A DNA stretch of 64,000 nucleotides from Octopus sinensis. Lineage: Eukaryota. The stretch's first letter is position 1. The number at the start of each line of letters is the position of its first letter. The DNA lies in NCBI RefSeq assembly GCF_006345805.1, contig NC_043002.1, forward strand, positions 101,680,001 through 101,744,000. Direction: 5' to 3'. Shown here in pieces: positions 56,053-64,000 of the stretch. A program made the translations under genes and the position numbers. The notes beneath the pieces are model-generated. The model was not told where the DNA came from, did no database searches, and worked only from the letters and a program-made list of their open reading frames with translations.

Positions 56053-56373
56053 TGCCGGCCAAGTAGTGTGGAGCGACTGACCTCCCTTGTTCAAAGGTTA
56101 TATGGATACAGTTTGTGTATCAAATAGCTAACTTAAGGCGATGGCCTCATGGAGCTAATAAGCGGTCAGCTTTTTTCTTATTTTTATAAGAATGCCATAT
56201 TAGTATGGCGATAACTAATATTTTCCGGGAACGCTGCCGTTGTTCTCTTTTAGAGAGACTTAGTAATTTTAATATTTCTATTATTGAAAACAAGTGGATG
56301 TATTCCACCGAAGCTAGGTAAATAAAACCTTTGAACAGAGATTGTCGGAAGCGACACCTACTGGTTTGGCTAC

Positions 56374-56415
56374 GCTGCATTGAAAAGGGGCAATACCCCG
56401 AAACGCGTCTGTAGC
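56374..56415 (+). ncRNA. Type I hammerhead, U3:A8 core (cleavage predicted after 56409)
   Basis: Identical motif. Confidence 0.8.
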
Positions 56416-56592
56416 TGCCGGCCAAGTAGTGTGGAGCGACTGACCTCCCTTGTTCAAAGGTTATATGGATACAGTTTGTGTATCAAATAGCTAACTTAAG
56501 GCGATGGCCTCATGGAGCTAATAAGCGGTCAGCTTTTTTCTTATTTTTATAAGAATGCCATATTAGTATGGCGATAACTAATATTTTACATA

Positions 56593-56629
<37 letters not shown>

Positions 56630-56634
<5 letters not shown>

Positions 56635-56736
56635 GATATGCACATATACATTTATATATATTCTATTATATACCTAACCTTTTTGTATACATGCATATAT
56701 ATATATATATATACACACATATATATATATATATAT

Positions 56737-56769
<33 letters not shown>

Positions 56770-57059
56770 GCATATATATATAGATATACACATATACATT
56801 TATATATATTCTATTATATATCTAACCCTTTTTGTATACATGCATATATATATAGATATACACATATACATTTATATATATTCTATTATATATCTAACCC
56901 TTTTTGTATACATGCATATATATATAGATATACACATATACATTTATATATATTCTATTATATATCTAACCCTTTTTGTATACATGCATATATATATAGA
57001 TATACACATATACATTTATATATATTCTATTATATATCTAACCCTTTTTGTATACATGC

Positions 57060-57060
<1 letters not shown>
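56630..57060. repeat. 72-bp minisatellite (four near-identical copies plus one diverged copy)
   Basis: tctaaccc recurs at 56821, 56893, 56965 and 57037. Confidence 0.9.
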
Positions 57061-57094
<34 letters not shown>

Positions 57095-57129
57095 ATATAC
57101 ATATACATATGTGTGTATTATTTAGGTAT

Positions 57130-58215
57130 ATGTCATGTCACCCTTGAGTGCTACTGGTAACATGTAATCCAGTACAGCCTGTCACATGGTCGGGTCGTTG
57201 GCGCCTAAACTGGCAATCCTACCAGGCTTGCTTGGTGAGGAGGTGCCCACCTAAGCATCAGCGTAGAGTATCAAGTGTTAGATTTGCTCTCAAGAATACA
57301 TTAGTATTCTGCATTGTAGAGCTTCCAAGTGGTATATCTGAATGGACCATGTCATGCTTACTGATGTCTGTATTTATGCACCAACAATGTCCCATTCTGA
57401 TGAAACTAGGACAGTTTTATAATGATCTAGCACAATTATTGAGGAAAGTACCACTTTCTGACAAGCAGGTCATATTGAGAGATTTCAATGCAAGAGTTGG
57501 AAAGGACTATGTTTCATGGCCTGTTTTAGGTCGACATGAGATTGGAGAACGTAATAAAAATGGAGTAGCACTTTTGAAGTTTTGTACAGAGAATAATGTG
57601 ATTGTCACCAACACTCTGTTTAAGCAGAATAATTAAATATAAAACCACCTGGATGCACCCAAGATCTAAGCACTAGCATCTCATAGATTATATTCCGATC
57701 AGAAAACGTGATATGAAAGACGTTTCTAGCGTTTGGGCCATGAGAGGAGCAGAGAGCTGGACTGACCGTCGTCTAGTGTGTGGAAAAATAGATTTTTCGA
57801 TAATGCCTAGAAATCGACTGTCTGGTCCTAACGTACTCAAAATGTTAAATGTTGCAAACTTTAAATTATCAAGCAACTTGCAAAGAATCCACAATGCTAT
57901 AGAAAGTGTCAATCTTGTCCCGAACAATGTATGGGATGATTTCAAACCAAAAGTATTTCAGGCCACAAGTTCGTCAATGGGATTTATATCACGCACGTCC
58001 AGTGATTGGTTCTCAGATAGATCAGCAGAAATTCAGAAAAACAAAAACAAGACAGGCAATATACTTCTTTCTCAGTCCATGAACCCCAACTCAAACGAAG
58101 CTTACAGAATGCTGAAAAGAAATGTGCAGACTGCTCTAAGGAAAATTAAACAGGAATGGTGGAATGAAGAAGGAGAAGATAGTACCAACAATTATCGAAG
58201 CCCTGTGAACTGTGA
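57130..58215 (+). mobile_element. RTE-clade LINE 5' fragment (APE endonuclease), decayed
   Basis: DFNARVG, GERNKNGVALLKFCTENNVIVTNTLF, TWMHPRSKH*HLIDY, AESWTDRRLV motifs. Confidence 0.88.
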
Positions 58216-59157
58216 GTAAAAATAACGGCGAGAAGTACATGAAGAAATAGGAGATTTGAAGGAAAGCAGACGATTATGTGGACCATATTATTTGAGTGCT
58301 GCTTATTTTATCGATCTCACTAGGTTGAAGGACGTAATTTGAAATCAAAATATGAAGGGCCGTAACCAAATACATTAAGGCATTTTTTTCTTTACTGCCA
58401 AATTACGGACTTTAGTGCCTTTAACATAAGTAGAAACCAGAAACCAACCAGGTCCGGTTGAATAGATTTATTCTCTTAGCGTTCCAACCATAAATATACC
58501 GCAATTGTTAGTGTATATGTGACTACATTGCCCAATGTAGTCTTTTTATACGATGACAGTGTTAGGGCGCAATTCGAGAGGATTAGACTATTATTCCTAG
58601 CCTGTTGCGATACCATGTAAGAAAGTATGTCATTGGTTTGGTGTAAAAGTACGGTCAAACCTAAAGAGGAAATCGACTACAAAGGTTAGCAGGAGCTAAA
58701 ATAAAGGAAAACAAAGAAAAAGGAAAAACAATATCTGCAGGTTCAATCAGGCATGGATAAATTATAAACCCAACCCTTTTTTTTATATTCAAATACATTG
58801 ACTGATTCTAACATTCTGATATCATGCATGATATATTTAAGATTAATTCCTCAATGTCACTGATCTGGTGAGCCAGAGTTAACAAATTAGAGACGCAAGA
58901 ACATTAATATAATTTTCTCTTATTACAATATATTTTACGGGAAGCGGGGCAATTTTGAGACTGTGAATGTGAATATAACGAGCGCCATTAGCCGGATGAA
59001 ATATAAAGAGAGAAGCTAAAGATGCTCAATGGAAGATATTAATTAAACTAACAAGAAAAAGTTGAAATTTATGTTTTGATTTTAATATGTTTATTTAGTT
59101 AACCGATACTTTCTTTGTTACAGTTTAATTTACGTTTTACGCATACAAAACCATATA

Positions 59158-59189
<32 letters not shown>

Positions 59190-59344
59190 ATATATTCAGA
59201 CGCACACACGCACACACACACACTCACATAGATTACACACAGAGAACAGACAAAACCTCAACAGATTCATAAGCATACACACGCTTACACACACACACAC
59301 AGAGGCGTATATACGAACGCAAACATCGATATATATATATATAT

Positions 59345-59393
<49 letters not shown>

Positions 59394-59418
59394 CACATAC
59401 ACACACACACATATATAT

Positions 59419-59461
<43 letters not shown>

Positions 59462-59701
59462 CACATACACAGACAGACATGCGTGCAGACACATCTAATT
59501 CGAGTTATGATCGAATAGTGTTTATTATTAAATCGAAGCTGTTTATTGATCTTTGTCAGTAAACTATCAATTTACGCTATATCCGGAATACTGTGTGCAA
59601 CCGACCAGTAACTGTATATTTGGACCGTTGGTTTTAATTGGAAAATATCCTAACGTACAACTTGCTTAACCAGCTCGAAGCTTTACACATCAATCAAGTC
59701 A

Positions 59702-59746
<45 letters not shown>

Positions 59747-60974
59747 AGAGGTTCTTATTCTCAATCCTTCTATTGGTTCATGCAGATACTCTTTCTCCGC
59801 TTTATTTGTAGCATACTTTTCAAAAGAAGATTTATTCAGAAATACTCTTAGATGTAGCTAATGCAGTTGCGTAGGTGATATAATTCGCTTGACCTCAATC
59901 TTGCAACAAAAGATCGACCCACGGGATTAGGTATTTTTCCCAGTTAAGATGAACACCATTAAGAAAGGCATAAACACCACTTCGTATTCCAAGCGTTTGC
60001 TAAATTCATAAGACATGAAGTATTTCCATATTGCCACATCTTCATCATTTGCATTTTATTACGTAGCCAGGGGAAGGGCAACAAATACAAAATCACATAC
60101 ACGCCCACACGAACGCTCGTATACAGACACACACACACATACACTCACACACACACACACACAGAGATTTGCTTGTCAGTTATTTGACCATAACCAGTTG
60201 AGCATGTCCCATAGTGGCTGACGATATTTGCATCTCTGATCACGATCAGAAGTAGTGGGGGGAGTATCATAGCCATGTGTTGAGAGGGAGTCTTTGGGGT
60301 TTGAATAATTCACCTCTGGAAACATGGGTGCTTCGTTCAACATCCTTAAAATTTACAGAATGAGATAAAAATCCAAGACAGTAAAATATTTCAGAACATT
60401 TATAAAGAGAATTTCTTACATCTGTTTCCAGGATATTTTATATATCCCTTCATCGGAGACAGTGTCAGAATATGGTTAAGCTGAAGCGGGAAATCGGTGG
60501 TGCAGGTGCGTCTGGGTCTATGGTCAATTAAGTATGTAAGCATAGAAACTTGTATACACGGGCACGTGCGCATGTGTGTGTGAGTATGTGTGTATGTATG
60601 CATTACGTATGAGATTGTGTGGATATATCTATCTATCTACCTGTCTCTCTGTCTATCTATTTATCGATCTATCTATTTCCTTACTTATCTCTCTGTTTAT
60701 ATATGATGCTTGTATGAGCGAATATTCTTGCGCCATGCAGCTTGCCCGAGGATGTTTATACATCCATATCTGTTACCAGATATTATTAATACTTTTCTCG
60801 CTGGATTGCGTGTTCGTTTCTCGTTTTGATCCTCTTTATAAATGAAAATATATTTCCTCTGTCCGGCTGCTTTTCTCTCTATAAAACAGAAGTTACATTG
60901 CGGAAGTGATCTTGTCTTTCATCTGCTATAGCCACTACACACATTTTTTTCTCTCCTTGTTTTTTCTGTGACCC

Positions 60975-61007
60975 TTTCTGTAGAAGAGCGTAGGCTCGAA
61001 ACGTAAA
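60975..61007 (+). ncRNA. Hammerhead-like motif with non-canonical core
   Basis: ttt-CTGTAGA-A-GAGC gtag GCTC-GAAACGTA-aaa; A6 changed to U, short helix I. Confidence 0.25.
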
Positions 61008-61095
61008 ATACTTTTTCTATTCCTAAGTGTTATACTAATACATCTGTTTGTTTTGTACACCACCTGTCTTTGTCTTTTTTTTCGTAAACTCTCCC

Positions 61096-61131
<36 letters not shown>

Positions 61132-61899
61132 GTATCAAATATAATAACTATAAATTTTTTTCTCTATATTTGTTCTTAAAATATGGTATATACAACTGAA
61201 GAGACAGACAGAGAGAGAGGGGTGGAGATAATTACATAGATCGATGGAGTAAGGTTAAGAAATAAAAGATGTACGTGATATGTTTGAAATGCATGAGAAA
61301 AGAATGCAACCTAGATAGCGTAGTTATTGAGTCACTGTTGGCTGCCATCTTAAACTAGATTTCACATCTCTAATCTCAAATAAGAACGGTCATGAATTGT
61401 ATTTCAATATAATTAATACCAGAATAAAATTATATCTTATAAACTTTGCGGGAAAATCATACAAATAGCATGCAAATCATAATCTCAAAATATCATTATT
61501 TTAAATTATTTTAATTTAACGAATCTGAAGTGAAAATTGCAATCGACGAATTAAATGGCTGACTAAATAAATATAGTTTACACAAATTGTATGTAATTAG
61601 TTACGGTACCAGCATTAAATTGAATTGTAAGCTAGTTATTTATTTTTGTTAGTGAAGCCGCTAGTTTGTTAAATGTTAAAATTGAATAAAACTCAGTTTT
61701 GGCGTCGTTCAATTATCGAGCTAAATTCTGTAGCGAATATTTTCATTTTTAGTTTTGTGAGTGCTGTTTTCTTTTAATTAATTATTTTTTCAAGGTCTCA
61801 CTTGAAACGTTCGAAGAACAATCTTTGTGCCGGAGCATAAATGAACATTCACGGATTATAACACAGCTACGCATGCATTTCACTAAATAACAAGTTATC

Positions 61900-62610
61900 A
61901 GTAAAATATATGTTCTATATTTTTGAGATGACGAATTCTGTACATTATTTAAATTATTTACATTGGGTGGATATGCGTGCATGAGCTTATAGCGCAGGCT
62001 ACTAACCACACCATTGCGAGTTCAATTCCAGGCAGTACTTTGAATAAATAATAATAATAATAATGCCCTGATGCAGTACCAGGCAGTGGCTCTCATGGCT
62101 TCTGATCTTAACCGATTGGAAGTGTTGTCATGTGCATTGTTTTTGTCTCGGTATAAAAGATGTCCTGCAGCAAATATTCTGCTCAATACCACAGATTTGC
62201 TTGTCAGTTGTTTGACCATAACCAGTTGAGCATGTCCCTTAGTGGCTGACGATATGTGCATCTCTGATCACGATCAGAAGTAGTGGGGGAGCATCATAGC
62301 CATGTGTTGAGAGGGATTCTTTGGGTTTTGAATAATTCACCTCTGGAAACATGGGTGCTTCGTTCAACATCCTTAAACAAACCTTATCCAGGGACCTTTT
62401 GAGCGGGATGAGCTACTCGACCAGAAGAAAATTGTAACTGGGCGACACCTGCAAGGTCATGTGCTGTTTATCTTGATTTGAGATCACCATGTTGCGGAAT
62501 ATGGTTGTGATGCATGTGCCTGGTGTACCCTTATCAGAGAGGTAGTAATGGGCTTTGTATATTTGCACCCCAGTGTCACTTTGATGGCATGCACTGCTCT
62601 CTCACTCAAT
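61900..62610 (+). mobile_element. Composite: inverted SINE tail + tRNA-like head + (AAT)n + family 4 body
   Basis: 61900-61975 is the reverse complement of the 14.9 kb tail; 61991-62063 matches the 14.7 kb head; 62065-62610 matches 38195-38720. Confidence 0.65.
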
Positions 62611-62621
62611 AACAACAACAG

Positions 62622-62651
<30 letters not shown>

Positions 62652-62652
<1 letters not shown>

Positions 62653-63030
62653 CTATATAAACGGCAGTTTGTCTGTGCGTGTTTCTGTGTGTCTGTTTGC
62701 TTGTACCCTCACCCTGACCACGGCTTTCAACCGATTCTGATGAAACTTGACACACACATAGCCCAATGTCATAATTCAAAACTAACGCAGCGAAAATTTT
62801 GAAAAGTTCCCCCAGTTCTGAAAACAATCGATAAATTCGACATGGGGTCGAGAATCAGAAACACAAACCATAAACTGTCTAGGAGACGAAACTCCACCTT
62901 TTTTAAATCTCAAAAAAAAATTTACCATCATTTTTTTTCCATTTTTTTGCTATTTTTTGGCTATAACTCTCTAAAAATGCTTTATAGTTATTTCCCTTAC
63001 AAACCTGAGCAACGCCGGGCGATACTGCTA

Positions 63031-63031
<1 letters not shown>
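62652..63031 (+). mobile_element. Non-autonomous Helitron (shares its 3' portion with the 48.5 kb family, different 5' portion)
   Basis: TC start, gagcaacgccgggcgatactgCTAG end, A|T insertion site. Confidence 0.8.
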
Positions 63032-63069
<38 letters not shown>

Positions 63070-63072
63070 TAT

Positions 63073-63375
63073 ATCACCGTGACCGACCAGGCTATCAAAT
63101 GTTTCTACACATCGCTGGTCACAATGCGCTTCGCATTGTCTTTTTAGCCATTAAATGACGCCACCCCGCTGGATAAGCGATCAGGCCAATAGAGGAAAGA
63201 GTGAGAGAAAGTTGTGGCGAAAGTGTACAGCAGGGATCGCCAACATCCCCTGCCGGAGGCTCGTGGTGCTTTAGGTGTTTTCGGTCAATAAACACTCACA
63301 ACGTCCGGTCTGGGAATCGAAACCGCGATCCTACGAACGCGAGTCCGCTGCCCTAACCACTGGGCTATTGCGCCT

Positions 63376-63377
<2 letters not shown>
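63073..63377 (-). mobile_element. tRNA-derived SINE family 3
   Basis: Colinear with 18201-18505. Confidence 0.85.
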
Positions 63378-63440
<63 letters not shown>

Positions 63441-64000
63441 CATCAGAAGCAAGTTTCAAATAATAGTCATTGCATACTTTTCCTTTCTTGGGGCAAATTT
63501 AGTTTACAGATGTTTCCAGAATTAATTACAGGTACATTACTGATGAGTTAACTGGATTGATCTATTGATTAATATAGGAGAATCGAATGACCTCAGAAAA
63601 TTCATGTTCCTTTCATCAGAGCCATATGATCACTTCAAAAAACTGCAAGTACAGGCAACGCTTGATTTTTAACATCCCTCTTATGTGTTGAATTATGTAT
63701 AGCTGGGCGTAACCACAGAGCTGGCAGGAAAACTTTTGTCAGGTGTCTCAACTATGTCCCCGTGAAGGTTTCTCTCTGCGCAAAAATGTAGTCTACAAGT
63801 GCCGAGTTATAAAAATCCTGCTCCTACCAAGCAGGGGTTTATATCGGCGGCACTATTGATTTTAAGCGCCGCTACCAAACACACATGAATTTTTTTCTCC
63901 AATCCAAATTCTAAATTATCTATCTCTTTAGCGACTTATATACACACTCAAGCCCCTAAATGTTCCCTTTTCCCTATCCTGGTCCTTCGTGACGCTCCTC

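Larger units (their letters stand above)
54326..56587. repeat. Tandem array of ~363-nt hammerhead-bearing units (about 3.6 units one way, about 2.6 inverted), flanked by (TA)n
   Basis: Unit starts at 54326, 54688, 55048 and 55411 (periods 362/360/363); orientation flips at about 55647-55650; period 363 in the right arm. Confidence 0.95.

Noticed and set aside
56080-56190. Pol III B-box-like GTTCAAAGG (GTTCGAAGG at 7.5 kb) in the ribozyme unit
   Set aside because: Not conserved in the 17-kb unit, no convincing A box, and a T6 run in the same unit would terminate Pol III
55268-56425. Repeated 92-aa ORF (MAGSYRRVSGYCPF...) in the array units
   Set aside because: Non-ATG start, antisense to the ribozyme, broken by single-base indels in other units, not conserved in the 7-kb or 17-kb relatives
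54326-56587. CRISPR-like or simple satellite interpretation of the arrays
   Set aside because: No variable spacers and no cas genes in a eukaryotic context; the conserved ribozyme explains the periodicity better

Overview
This is AT-rich, microsatellite-saturated eukaryotic DNA. Its SINE, LINE and Helitron complement looks like an Octopus-type cephalopod genome (inference from repeat style, not a database match). There is a 100-N scaffold gap at 37352-37451. Most of the window is (TA)n/(TATG)n/(CA)n/(TC)n repeats and decayed retroelements: a CR1/L2-group LINE at 42.7-45.3 kb, RTE fragments, Dong/R4-type RLE LINE fragments, a Penelope RT remnant and a gag-only element. It also holds tRNA-derived SINEs, non-autonomous Helitrons and a TIR MITE. 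A chain of short, phase-compatible + strand exon candidates (0-11.4 kb) may be the 3' part of an unidentified gene, and a WIF/Ig-like peptide lies at about 33.1 kb on the minus strand. The standout is a family of ~363-nt repeat units, each carrying a type I hammerhead ribozyme (HHR) with Schistosoma Sm-alpha-like architecture. It occurs at three diverged loci: a near-homogeneous tandem array folded into a large palindrome (54.3-56.6 kb, six complete HHRs with a U3:A8 core), a multiply inverted locus (16.9-18.2 kb, U4C core), and a single copy abutting a Penelope RT remnant (7.3-7.6 kb, U3:A8 core). All three helices covary between loci, an upstream hairpin is conserved at fixed spacing, and all loci abut (TA)n. 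This looks like a retrozyme-like (circRNA-producing, non-autonomous) retroelement system. Several unrelated Penelope-type minimal HHRs, and a tRNA-headed SINE with an HHR tail, are also present. All RNA structures were derived by eye; none was tested computationally or experimentally.
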